Positions 43,875-52,912 of a DNA stretch of 62,901 nt are shown here, piece by piece. The stretch covers positions 1 to 62,901 of the forward strand of contig CAZVBO010000001.1 of NCBI GenBank assembly GCA_964625685.1. Direction: 5' to 3'. The translations under genes were made by a program, and so were the position numbers. The notes beneath the pieces are model-generated. The model did not search any database. It was not told the origin of the DNA and worked only from the letters and a program-made list of their open reading frames with translations. Each line of letters begins with the position of its first letter. Position 1 is the first letter of the stretch. The stretch is from an uncultured Pseudomonadales bacterium. Lineage in GTDB: Bacteria; Patescibacteriota; Microgenomatia; UBA1400; PJMF01.

Positions 43875-45422
43875 TTATTTGTTTTGTTTTTCTTCTTTTT
43901 TCTTGATTTGTTTGTCTCCCAACAAAGATCCAACTCTTCTTGCAGTTTGAGAGGCTCTTGTTTGAGCTTGAGACCATGCACTCGTATCTGCCATACCAGA
44001 TCGTCTACTTCTGTATGGACCTTCAGCTAGACCATAGGCTCCCATTGGTAGAGTAGCTCCAGCAATAAGTGTTTTTCTTCCAAAGTCTTTCGCACTTCCA
44101 ATGCCCGGTACCTTGCTAGTATTTGTAAATCCAAGCCCTGGAATTAATTCGCCACCATTCCAACCTCGTTTCAAAGCATTAGCAGCCTCGCCAGCATACT
44201 GATCAAAGAAGCCACCTTTGGCTCCCATGGCTTTTTTGCCGTCTTTGATAATTTTTTCGGCTACCAGAATTAAACCTAGTCCAAACAAAACCGCTAATGC
44301 ATCGGCATTTCCTTGACCAATTAAGTAAGGAGGCATAAAACCACCTCCACTACTTAAGGAACCAGCAGCTGTAATCTTGCTATAGAGAATCAATATAAGT
44401 AAGAGAATAGGAAAGGCTGCTAAATTCCCAACCAGAGATTTTACCCATTGCCCAAACATATTTCTGCCAGGAATGGCCTCAAACATCAGTAGCAGGGGAG
44501 CTGTCACAATACTAATAATGATACTGACATAGGTTTTTAACAGTTCGAAAAAGATACGAAAGATACCAAACGCAAGAGCAAAAGCAATAACGACAGCAGC
44601 AGTTATTCCACTAATAAAACCCAAGCCTTGGGTTAAAAGAGATGTGTTTCCTAGAGACTCAGTAATGAGATTGGAAACTGCATGATATGCATCATCAATG
44701 GCACTTAGATTTCCGGCGATAACGTCGTACCCAAATTCAAAAATATTCTTGTTGATCATACTGGTACTGGCGCTAAAAATCCCCACAAAAAAATACATTA
44801 TGAGGTACATGAGGTCAATTAAGAAACCAGCTATGGCATACGAGAAAGTAACTGCGATTAAAGCTATGATAATTCTTGGTAATGCTTGCTGGGCAGTTAC
44901 CGCCGTTTGGCCTACTTTTTGCCGGAACATGATTAAGAAACCGATGAATAAGAAAATCATTACAAAAAAGAGATAGGCAATGTTCCGAAAAATTTTCCAG
45001 GTATCAAGAATAGGAGTCAGTGAAGAAAAACCAATACCTTGAGCATAGGCTGGCTGAGCAATTCCGATCTTTGCTGAATTTAACACATCAGCCACATAGG
45101 TTTCACTGTTAGCGGGCGGAGTATTATACATTTGGCTGATAAAGCCTGACATGGCAGGGACAAAAGCACCATTACTTCCTCCAGTTTGGCCAATAAGAAT
45201 ATTGTCGACGAAATAGGAAAGCATGTTATTCATGGAATTCATGGTGTAGTACTCACTGGAAACCTGATCATTTTGTTGGGCATCAGTAATAGCATCAATG
45301 TATTTATCAACCGCACCAAGCCCACTCACCGCACTATCAGGAGCAGTTACAGCTGCAAAAACGGATACAGGGAAAACAAATAAAAACAATAAAAAGCTGG
45401 TGAGGTAGGCAAGCTTTTTCAT
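43875..45422 (-). CDS. Polytopic membrane protein, VirB6/TrbL-like candidate
   Basis: 515-aa ORF with a signal peptide (…FPVSVFA/AV), at least 6 TM helices in the central region and a basic C-terminal tail. Its position in the T4SS-like locus supports the call. Confidence 0.5.
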   Translation of the reverse strand: MKKLAYLTSFLLFLFVFPVSVFAAVTAPDSAVSGLGAVDKYIDAITDAQQNDQVSSEYYTMNSMNNMLSYFVDNILIGQTGGSNGAFVPAMSGFISQMYNTPPANSETYVADVLNSAKIGIAQPAYAQGIGFSSLTPILDTWKIFRNIAYLFFVMIFLFIGFLIMFRQKVGQTAVTAQQALPRIIIALIAVTFSYAIAGFLIDLMYLIMYFFVGIFSASTSMINKNIFEFGYDVIAGNLSAIDDAYHAVSNLITESLGNTSLLTQGLGFISGITAAVVIAFALAFGIFRIFFELLKTYVSIIISIVTAPLLLMFEAIPGRNMFGQWVKSLVGNLAAFPILLLILILYSKITAAGSLSSGGGFMPPYLIGQGNADALAVLFGLGLILVAEKIIKDGKKAMGAKGGFFDQYAGEAANALKRGWNGGELIPGLGFTNTSKVPGIGSAKDFGRKTLIAGATLPMGAYGLAEGPYRSRRSGMADTSAWSQAQTRASQTARRVGSLLGDKQIKKKEEKQNK

Positions 45423-45429
45423 TACTGCT

Positions 45430-45438
45430 ATTTTACCA
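45430..45438 (-). promoter_or_regulatory. Extended -10 (TGgTAAAAT) 7 nt upstream of the ATG of 43875..45422 (leaderless candidate)
   Basis: The minus strand reads TGGTAAAAT agcagta ATG. Confidence 0.4.
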
Positions 45439-45533
45439 AGTTTTTATACATATGGGAATGACCCGGTATGAGGTTAAGTTGTCAGGTAAAAAGACATGAG
45501 TTTGCCTCTTGAAATGCAAGCTCAAATTATTGT

Positions 45534-46421
45534 ATGACTATATCTAATATGAACGAAATCGAACAAAATGATCAGCTTAAGAATTTAGTTTCCTCCGCAC
45601 AGAGTATTTTAGTCATTTTTTCCAGTACTGCTAATTTTGATCAAGCTACCTTTGCTGTATCTCTGGCCCAAGCATTAGAAAAAATGGGAAAACGAGTTAA
45701 TTTATTGACGCCGGGGAAAATAAATACCAAGCTCCAGGATATTGCTGGTATTGATAAAACCAATTCAAAAATTGGGAACCAAAATTTAAATGTAATTTTT
45801 GATTATCAAAAGGAAAGTATTGATAAAGTCAGTTATCACATTGATGAAGAAGCTCAGAAATTTTATCTAGTAATTCAACCCCAAAAAGGGCATCCACCTT
45901 TAGATACGTCCGCAGTCAGTTTTGATTATGCCGGGATGGCTGCTGATTTGATTTTTTTAGTAGGAGTGAGTAGTTATGAAAGTCTTGATGAATTATATGC
46001 TGGGTATGAGGAGTTATATAAAGATACCACGACTGTGAGTTTCCATAACTATCAAACTAATTATGCGAACGTGAATTATGATGTATCTTCCCAAACCAGT
46101 TTTTCAGAATATGGGGTTGGTTTAATTGAAGGATTAGGAGGGGAAATTACGGCGGAGGTAGCGACCAATTTACTCGCAGGGGTAGAGGAAACGACTCAAA
46201 ACTTCAACTCTTTTTCGACCACGGCCCATACTTTTTCTACTGCTGCTAAGTTAATGCAGCTTGGGGCACGTCGGACCCGACGAAAGGGGAGCAGTAATCA
46301 ACCAACCAATTTAAAGAAAGAGGTTTCGGGAAAAGTGAATAGCAAGCCGAAAGCAGTAGAAGTGAAACCCGACCAGCCAAGGTCAAAAAATTTTCAGCCT
46401 AGTAGTTTAAATAATCGGTAA
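45534..46421 (+). CDS. DHH-family (NrnA-like) domain protein with degenerate catalytic motifs and a basic tail
   Basis: 295-aa ORF. Overall it resembles the NrnA N-terminal domain (…ATNLLAGVEETTQNF…TAAKLMQLGA), but DxD is replaced by SST..FD, DHH is replaced by FHN, and there is no DHHA1 domain. Confidence 0.4.
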   Translation: MTISNMNEIEQNDQLKNLVSSAQSILVIFSSTANFDQATFAVSLAQALEKMGKRVNLLTPGKINTKLQDIAGIDKTNSKIGNQNLNVIFDYQKESIDKVSYHIDEEAQKFYLVIQPQKGHPPLDTSAVSFDYAGMAADLIFLVGVSSYESLDELYAGYEELYKDTTTVSFHNYQTNYANVNYDVSSQTSFSEYGVGLIEGLGGEITAEVATNLLAGVEETTQNFNSFSTTAHTFSTAAKLMQLGARRTRRKGSSNQPTNLKKEVSGKVNSKPKAVEVKPDQPRSKNFQPSSLNNR

Positions 46422-46459
46422 AGTATTGATTACTGTTTATTGGCTATTATTTAATGGTT

Positions 46460-46800
46460 ACAGGCTAATGTTATTCCGACGAAGTTAGGAACCTCTGTAT
46501 TTCCTAAAATACAAATATCAAAGTCCCTGCCTGCGCAGGCAGGCAAAATTCAAACATATTTCAAAATTCAAGTTCCAGGATCTGGCTTTTAGTAACCAGT
46601 AACTTTTACTTTCTTCTTTAAGCTTTACACTTAAAATTCTACTTTTTTGTCTTGGATCCTGAATCACGTCACTTCGTTCCTGTTCAGGATGACGGCTGGT
46701 AGTTTCTGGCTTTTAGCTTTAAACCTTTAAATCTCTATTCCTTTATTTCTTAGTTCTTTTTTTGTTTTTGTTCTTTTGTCTTTACCCTTTAAACTTTTTT
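46460..46800. repeat. Repeat-dense convergent spacer (A/T arm, GC hairpins and TTTCTGGCTTTTAGCTTTAAAC tail motifs)
   Basis: CCTGCCTGCGCAGGCAGG hairpin at 46527-46545. ATCCTGAA...TTCAGGAT hairpin at 46653-46689. The tail motifs are shared with 11700-11800, 19640-19700 and 62610-62640. Confidence 0.6.
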
Positions 46801-46845
46801 CTGCGAATGATCTAAGTTGTTTTTAATTGCTGTTAGAATAGGACT

Positions 46846-49800
46846 TTATTGTTTAACTGGTGTAATTTGTTTAACCCAAGGATCAGTAGTGCAGTAGTTG
46901 GGTACATTGTTTTCATCAAAATTACCGGTGGCATGATCTATGGCACAGCAGTAGGCTCCCACGGCCCAGAGCCATCCTTTTTGAGCTTGTAGCTCTTTTA
47001 TATTGCCTGTAGCTGGTCGTTTTATTCGATCTGTGGTTGCATCAGCATCACCTGAAATACTATCAGCTACCTCACCTACTTGTTCACAAGTGGGAGATCC
47101 CTGTGAAATACCCCGACTGTCATAATATTGCATTGGACCCAAAACCCATCTCACTGCAACCGCTTTCATTTGGTCAGCAGATGAATTGTCTGTCAAACCA
47201 TATCCTGATAATAGGTTGGCTAATCCATAAAAAGTATCATGAATGCTACAAATTTCACTATAATCAGGATCTCGATTACTGTTCCACATATCTGGATAAT
47301 TAAAAGCATTTAATACAAAAAAGCCTTTAAAGCCGCTTGATCCATCATTTGGGCAACCGTTCCAGTAAGGGTAAACATTTCCAGCTTCTAAAAAATCTCC
47401 TTGGTCAAAGAATGCATCATCTTTGGTACAGATATTTTCGTTACCACTCGCAAAACGGCAACCTTCTCCAGCAAGAAAAATATTCATCATTGCCACAGGA
47501 ACATGATGCTCACTAGCTGCTTGAACAAGTAGGCTTCTAAGTTTTTCTGAAGTAATAGGATATCCTCCTGTAAAAGAACAATTTGCCCCCAAGGCACACG
47601 CTGGATTAACATGCTCATCCTGATTCTTTTGGCTAAATTGACCGCCCTTCAGATACAGTTCGGTAGGATTGCTTTGAACATTAATTTCGCTAATCCATTC
47701 GTTAATGCGACTGCCGGCTTTTTGGAGTGATTGCTGAATATCTCGAGTGATACGACCCAGCCAAGCTCCCGGGACCCTTGGTTCATGATCTTCTTCATTA
47801 TCTGCTTTGACTTCTGCAGAGATTAAACAGCCAGTTGGATTATCTGTTCCTGATTTGGTCAGACATTCATTTGTCAGCGGAACAGCATAAGCCACATTTG
47901 TATACGTAGTTCCCCCAGAGAATTCATTCATAACGTCGCTAAGTTTAAAGTATTGCGGATGAGTATCTTTAAAAGAAGCTGCCTGATCTTGCCCGTGGAT
48001 AAGTCCAATTAAGGTATCTTCAACATCAGCTAAGTCAGTTCCATAAGGATAGACTAAGTAACTCACAACTGAAGTAACATCACTGGTCCGATTATCGGTA
48101 TTACCGGGTCGAATTCGAGTGAGAAAATCAAAGGTAGCTTCCTGGGCGATGTTTTGTCGCTCGGCTAAATTAGAGACCAAATCCCCTTGATCGTCAGCGA
48201 AAGTTCGTCCCTCAGAACTGGAAATACTGGCATCATCTTTAATGTCTTCCACGGCTTCTGTTTTGAGATCCGCTGGGTTGCTTTGGCAGGATTGACCAAA
48301 ATCATTGATCATGCTGACTAAGGCTTGAACTGCTGGTTCACCGCAATCACTCCCCGAGCATTCAATTGGTTTAAGCAAAGCGGAAGTATTTTCATTTCCG
48401 ACAGGAGAGGCTTTGCCTTCATCAATTCGTTGCTGAAGCTGAGAATTTCGTTCATCTTGTTTTTGTTGGGTTTGAAGGACGTTTCTGGTAAGTTGTAAGG
48501 CATCTTGGTAATAAAATTCACTATCTGGCTTTTTATTTGACACAAAATCAGGCAGTTTAAAGGCTACCACTCGAACTTCATGTTTGGGTGTAGCACTGGT
48601 TTTCCCCTTGAGTAAAAAGTCAAAAAAACCACTGGGACTAGTGTCTTTCATTTCAGTAGTAACAACTAGGAAAGCCAGCCGATACGCTTTATCTAAATAG
48701 AGGGGGACATTACTGATAGCTTTCTTAAGTGACGAGCTTATATTTTCATCTGGTGTTGCCCCATAGAGTCTTTCGCAGGTAATTCCTTGACTTTTCACCG
48801 CTTCGTAGAGAGATTTGGTGGTATATTGACCGGAAAATCCAGGAATGTCTTGATAAAGAGCACATTTGGTGGGATCGGTGAGTTTACTACACATCTTATC
48901 TATAACCTGAAGGATGTTAAGTTGAGCATCACATTGTTGTTGTTGAGTCAGCAAAGCATAAATAGGAGCCGATTTAATGAGTTGTTCATCAGGTTCTAGG
49001 GTATCATCGGTATTTTTGTAGCCCCAATATGTTTCGAGTGAACCAAATAAGGAGTCTTTATTTGCCCCATTTCGCCAGATGGGAGATTTAGCATTTGAAA
49101 AATCAATACTTTCTTGTAAATCATTGAGAGTCATCACTATTCCTGGTTGGACATCTCGAGCGATATAATCCGGCCCGACTGAAATAATAGCCGACCGTTT
49201 GGGAGTGGCACAACTTACTTCATAGCCCTGATCGAGCAGCTCATTTTTGATTTGTTGAGCAGAACCATCAATAATGCCAGGAATAGGGTAAATATAATAA
49301 TCGTCTGGATGAGTTTCCTCGGTAGCAGTATCCATTGAACCAGCTTCCCCGATATAAAAAGGTTTTCCCAGAGCTTGAGCTTTTTGAAGAGATTGTAAAG
49401 CGATAGCCTTTTCACTACTGGTATAGTAATGAGCAGAGGTGACAGTAATATTGCTGGCTTGATTGGAAACGGTAAAATTATCACTCCCGGTTGGGCTATC
49501 ACAAGCACTGTCTGGATTGTTAGCCATTTGACCAATGCCAATATTGCCTAAATACGTAGATCGCAAATTGCTACCACTAGAAACAGTTGAAACCCAATTG
49601 TTATAAGCACCGACTGCTCCGGTGTCACTGCCACAGTGGGGTTCATTGGCTAGTTCTAACGCATACACTGGTGCATAATTTGATTGGGTGGCAGCCGCAA
49701 TTGAATTGGCAAAAGGCAAGTATTCACTTTGATAACCGCTACTGTACCAAGTGGAGTCAGCCCCAGCTGGAATTCCGCCTTGACCATTGCTGTAATCGCC

Positions 49801-50319
49801 AATGGCAATAATGAGTTTTACTCCAGTTTGATTGGCGGCTGCTAGTGCAGTTTGTACCCCTTCAACTCCTCCAGCCCAGCCGAACATTCGAACGACGGTC
49901 ACTCCACAGTTTTGATTGAGCCAGCTAAGATGATCTACCATGACTTCGGAACTGCTTTCACCTAAGTCCCAAATATTTACGCCGACAAATTTTCCTTGAG
50001 GAGTATATTTGTCTGACATTTTTTTTAAAGTGGCACAAATTTCACGACCCTGACCATCGGGATCATTACGGAAGAAAGAGTTGGGATCAGTTTTAAAGAT
50101 TGAACCAGTTCCCGGAAAATAGCCAGAGTATTGCCAGACCAAGTACCCCGTAGCACCTCCACCTAAAAACTCGTCGATGTCAGACTCTAGTTGAGTAGCG
50201 GAAATGGGTTGATAGACTGATTGAGCGAAGAGAGGTTGAGCAGCTATTTTCAAAAAAAGACTACCTACAAAAAAGGCAGAAAGAAGAAACGTGGCAAACA
50301 ACCAAAATGCTTTTCTCAC
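46846..50319 (-). CDS. Giant secreted protein with an N-terminal GH5-like (cellulase/mannanase-fold) glycoside hydrolase domain and ~800 aa of unknown function
   Basis: The ORF runs to 50430, but the GTG at 50319 follows TATAAT+6 nt and begins a signal peptide (RKAFWLFATFLLSAFFVGSLFLKIAAQPLFAQ). GH5 signatures are LELANEPHCG (acid/base NEP) and FYIGEAG (nucleophile). Confidence 0.65.
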   Translation of the reverse strand: MRKAFWLFATFLLSAFFVGSLFLKIAAQPLFAQSVYQPISATQLESDIDEFLGGGATGYLVWQYSGYFPGTGSIFKTDPNSFFRNDPDGQGREICATLKKMSDKYTPQGKFVGVNIWDLGESSSEVMVDHLSWLNQNCGVTVVRMFGWAGGVEGVQTALAAANQTGVKLIIAIGDYSNGQGGIPAGADSTWYSSGYQSEYLPFANSIAAATQSNYAPVYALELANEPHCGSDTGAVGAYNNWVSTVSSGSNLRSTYLGNIGIGQMANNPDSACDSPTGSDNFTVSNQASNITVTSAHYYTSSEKAIALQSLQKAQALGKPFYIGEAGSMDTATEETHPDDYYIYPIPGIIDGSAQQIKNELLDQGYEVSCATPKRSAIISVGPDYIARDVQPGIVMTLNDLQESIDFSNAKSPIWRNGANKDSLFGSLETYWGYKNTDDTLEPDEQLIKSAPIYALLTQQQQCDAQLNILQVIDKMCSKLTDPTKCALYQDIPGFSGQYTTKSLYEAVKSQGITCERLYGATPDENISSSLKKAISNVPLYLDKAYRLAFLVVTTEMKDTSPSGFFDFLLKGKTSATPKHEVRVVAFKLPDFVSNKKPDSEFYYQDALQLTRNVLQTQQKQDERNSQLQQRIDEGKASPVGNENTSALLKPIECSGSDCGEPAVQALVSMINDFGQSCQSNPADLKTEAVEDIKDDASISSSEGRTFADDQGDLVSNLAERQNIAQEATFDFLTRIRPGNTDNRTSDVTSVVSYLVYPYGTDLADVEDTLIGLIHGQDQAASFKDTHPQYFKLSDVMNEFSGGTTYTNVAYAVPLTNECLTKSGTDNPTGCLISAEVKADNEEDHEPRVPGAWLGRITRDIQQSLQKAGSRINEWISEINVQSNPTELYLKGGQFSQKNQDEHVNPACALGANCSFTGGYPITSEKLRSLLVQAASEHHVPVAMMNIFLAGEGCRFASGNENICTKDDAFFDQGDFLEAGNVYPYWNGCPNDGSSGFKGFFVLNAFNYPDMWNSNRDPDYSEICSIHDTFYGLANLLSGYGLTDNSSADQMKAVAVRWVLGPMQYYDSRGISQGSPTCEQVGEVADSISGDADATTDRIKRPATGNIKELQAQKGWLWAVGAYCCAIDHATGNFDENNVPNYCTTDPWVKQITPVKQ

Positions 50320-50325
50320 ACCTGT

Positions 50326-50331
50326 ATTATA
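50326..50331 (-). promoter_or_regulatory. -10 hexamer TATAAT 6 nt upstream of the GTG at 50319 (leaderless candidate)
   Basis: The minus strand reads TATAAT acaggt GTG. Confidence 0.4.
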
Positions 50332-50362
50332 CGGGAGGGGTAAAGAAGTGAGTAGAGTAAAG

Positions 50363-50824
50363 TTACTGAGGTCCGTTTTCCGTCCATTGGGTTGAGGAAT
50401 CGGGAATGGTAAAGTTAAGGAGGGTATCAATACCGGTAAATTGAGAAATAATATTTACAATAAAGTAAGCACTTAAGGCTACTACTAAACCAATAACTGC
50501 ATACGTCATGGTCTTTCGAGCCGAGTCCATCCCCTTTGAATCCCCGCCTGAGATCATCATTCTAAAGGCAGCAAAAATCATCATCACAAAACCGATGATT
50601 CCGATGAGGGTCACGAACACCATTAAAATATTTCCAATCAAGCATTGCAAACCTTGGATGGTAGCCACGTCTGAGCCTTTATAGACACACACACTTCCTT
50701 CAGATTGCCAGTTTGCTGTTTGAGCAAAGGTAGGGGCTGGAGTGATCATGCTGATGAATACAGTCAACACGAGCATCATTAGTATTTTTTTGGTTACAGA
50801 AACAATATAAGAACGCTTTTTCAT
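50363..50824 (-). CDS. T4SS pilin-like protein, paralog 1 (TrbC/VirB2-like, CPR T4SS-pilin type)
   Basis: Start taken at the ATG at 50824 (MKKRSYIV...). It has a signal peptide ending TFAQ and the core motif ISGGDSKGMDSARKTMTYAVIGLVVALSAYF between two TM helices. Confidence 0.65.
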   Translation of the reverse strand: MKKRSYIVSVTKKILMMLVLTVFISMITPAPTFAQTANWQSEGSVCVYKGSDVATIQGLQCLIGNILMVFVTLIGIIGFVMMIFAAFRMMISGGDSKGMDSARKTMTYAVIGLVVALSAYFIVNIISQFTGIDTLLNFTIPDSSTQWTENGPQ

Positions 50825-50834
50825 AGTGGCTTCA

Positions 50835-51344
50835 TTACTCAATAGTAGTGGTATCTCCTTCAATAGTCCGGATGTTGGTAAAAACATCATTGAGCGATTC
50901 AAAACCTAAGAAGTTGACTATGAGGTTGATTACAGCAAAAGAAGCGGCAATAATCAGCAAACCAATAATGGCTGAAATGATCTTTTGTCGAGCGCTATCT
51001 GTTTTACTTTTATCGCCGCCAGAGGTGATCCAGTTTAAGGCCCCCCAGATGAGGTAAAAGAAAACCAGTAGAGCAGCAATCACCATAATAACGCTTAGTA
51101 ACCCGTTAATTAGCCCACTAAAACTCTCAGCAAAGCCTTCTGGAACTTGAATGATGTCTGTATTCGTTGAAGCAGTTGAGTCACTTGCGACCAGGGTGAC
51201 AGTATCGACATCTTTAGAGAGGTAAATAATATCGCCATCTCTCACAACATTACCTTTAGTGGTTTGAGCGGAAACAGGCAGAGTAAAGAGTAGACTAGCA
51301 GAAAGTATGGAAAGTCCAATTATTAAGTTCAGGGTTTTTTTCAT
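50835..51344 (-). CDS. T4SS pilin-like protein, paralog 2
   Basis: Signal peptide ending VSAQ. Core motif WITSGGDKSKTDSARQKIISAIIGLLIIAASF. Confidence 0.7.
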   Translation of the reverse strand: MKKTLNLIIGLSILSASLLFTLPVSAQTTKGNVVRDGDIIYLSKDVDTVTLVASDSTASTNTDIIQVPEGFAESFSGLINGLLSVIMVIAALLVFFYLIWGALNWITSGGDKSKTDSARQKIISAIIGLLIIAASFAVINLIVNFLGFESLNDVFTNIRTIEGDTTTIE

Positions 51345-51384
51345 AATGTATAGCTTCTTTATTGCTACGTACTTTAGATTATAA

Positions 51385-51418
51385 CAAAAAAGCTCTCTGG
51401 ATTGGAGAGAGCTTTTTT
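51385..51418. terminator. Rho-independent (bidirectional) terminator after pilin paralog 3
   Basis: AAAAAAGCTCTCTggattggAGAGAGCTTTTTT, an 8-bp perfect stem. Confidence 0.75.
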
Positions 51419-51433
51419 CATAAATATTTTAAC

Positions 51434-51784
51434 TTATTTGAGTTTTGTCTCAGTGTTATTGATATCTCGGACATTTTCAAAAGCTTGATTTACACCATCA
51501 AAACCTAAGAAGTTGAACAGTAGCTGCAGAATGGCATAAGAGGCAGCTAAGATGATTAAACCGATCACTGCTGAAGTAATTTTGTTACGGGCTTTTTCGG
51601 TCTGACCTTTATCACCACCAGAGGTGATCCATTCAATTCCACCCAAGATGAGGTAGAAGAAGACCAATAAAGCAGCTAAGACCATTACAAAACTTAAGAC
51701 ACCATTAATTAAACCACCAAAGGATTCAGCAAATCCTTGCCCGGGATCAATGGTTAGGGCATAAACTTGTGGAAGTAGATTCAT
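51434..51784 (-). CDS. T4SS pilin-like protein, paralog 3 (candidate major pilin)
   Basis: ATG at 51784 with the SD GGAG 6 nt upstream (the ORF-track start at 51796 is TTG). Core motif WITSGGDKGQTEKARNKITSAVIGLIILAASY. No Cys-rich extension. Confidence 0.7.
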   Translation of the reverse strand: MNLLPQVYALTIDPGQGFAESFGGLINGVLSFVMVLAALLVFFYLILGGIEWITSGGDKGQTEKARNKITSAVIGLIILAASYAILQLLFNFLGFDGVNQAFENVRDINNTETKLK

Positions 51785-51817
51785 ATTTTTCTCCAATTTT
51801 GCTTCTTACTACCAGGT

Positions 51818-51847
51818 ATTATACAAACGAGTGTAGCTAGAAGTCAA
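51818..51847 (-). promoter_or_regulatory. Near-consensus sigma-70 promoter of pilin paralog 3
   Basis: The minus strand reads TTGACT (51847-51842), an 18-nt spacer, then TATAAT (51823-51818). Confidence 0.6.
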
Positions 51848-51865
51848 CTTTTTAATTATTATTTG

Positions 51866-52375
51866 TTAATTATTTAAAACACAGCAATATCTTGATCCTG
51901 AACAATTCATTTGACCAATACTTCGGTGGGTTGCCGGACAGGTTGTCATACAAGCTCCATTATTGGCTGCACAGGAGGTAGCTGGATCAAGTTGTCTCAC
52001 TGTTCGTTCGCTTGAATTCGTAGATCCACCGGGAATGGAAATAACTTCAATACCCAGTAATGACTGCACGACCATAAAGATAGCAAAAGTAGCGGCTAAG
52101 ACAATGATTCCAATGATGGACTGAATAATTTTGTCACGGGCTTTGCCTAATTTGCCGCTATCACCTCCGGCGGTAATCCATTCAATTCCTCCCCAAATAA
52201 GGTAGAGAAGAACGAGTAAAGCAGCAATAACCATAACGGCACTGACGATGCCACTAATAAAGGTGCCAAATCCAGTTTCGGGATTGGTTGCATCAACCGC
52301 TCCAGTACCGGCTAAACCTTGGTCAGCAGCTTCTTGGTACAGATCTATGGTAGTTTGAGCTAAAAGGCTGAGCAT
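51866..52375 (-). CDS. T4SS pilin-like protein, paralog 4, with a C-terminal 6-Cys module
   Basis: Core motif WITAGGDSGKLGKARDKIIQSIIGIIVLAATF. C-terminus SCAANNGACMTTCPATHRSIGQMNCSGSRYCCVLNN. Confidence 0.7.
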   Translation of the reverse strand: MLSLLAQTTIDLYQEAADQGLAGTGAVDATNPETGFGTFISGIVSAVMVIAALLVLLYLIWGGIEWITAGGDSGKLGKARDKIIQSIIGIIVLAATFAIFMVVQSLLGIEVISIPGGSTNSSERTVRQLDPATSCAANNGACMTTCPATHRSIGQMNCSGSRYCCVLNN

Positions 52376-52381
52376 AATTAT

Positions 52382-52906
52382 TTAAAAGCTCGGCAGTGAG
52401 ATTCTGAGTAGATCAAACTCACCACCAAAGAATACTTGCCCGATATAGGAAATAATGACGAAAGAACCCACAAGTACCACTAAACCGATAATTGATTGCG
52501 TGATTTTGTCCCTAGCTTTCCCGACTTTACTACTATCGCCTCCGGCTGTAATCCACTCAATTGCCCCCCAGAGGAACATGATAATGACAGCAAGTCCTCC
52601 AATATTGATAATGGCTTGCCAAATAACGATAAGATATCGTTGAAAGGTGCTGCCTTCCTCAGCCGCAATAGGGTCATCTCCCAAGTTTCCAATAACTGGA
52701 TTGGTTAAGCCACCCTCAGTATTACGGGTGCCACCTGCTGGTTCATTCATACATCCAGTAATACACTGCTGTCTCTGAACTGTATCGGTAATAAAACGGC
52801 ATTGATCATTACACGCTGATTGTGAGTTTTGAGCTTGAACTGGTTGAAGCCCACTAAATAAATAAAAGAAAGAAATGAGAAATGCGAATGTAAAAAGTTT
52901 TTTCAT
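52382..52906 (-). CDS. T4SS pilin-like protein, paralog 5, with an N-terminal twin-CX3C module
   Basis: Signal peptide ending VQAQ, then CNDQC-x11-CITGC. Core motif WITAGGDSSKVGKARDKITQSIIGLVVLVGSF. Confidence 0.7.
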   Translation of the reverse strand: MKKLFTFAFLISFFYLFSGLQPVQAQNSQSACNDQCRFITDTVQRQQCITGCMNEPAGGTRNTEGGLTNPVIGNLGDDPIAAEEGSTFQRYLIVIWQAIINIGGLAVIIMFLWGAIEWITAGGDSSKVGKARDKITQSIIGLVVLVGSFVIISYIGQVFFGGEFDLLRISLPSF

Positions 52907-52912
52907 AAAAAT

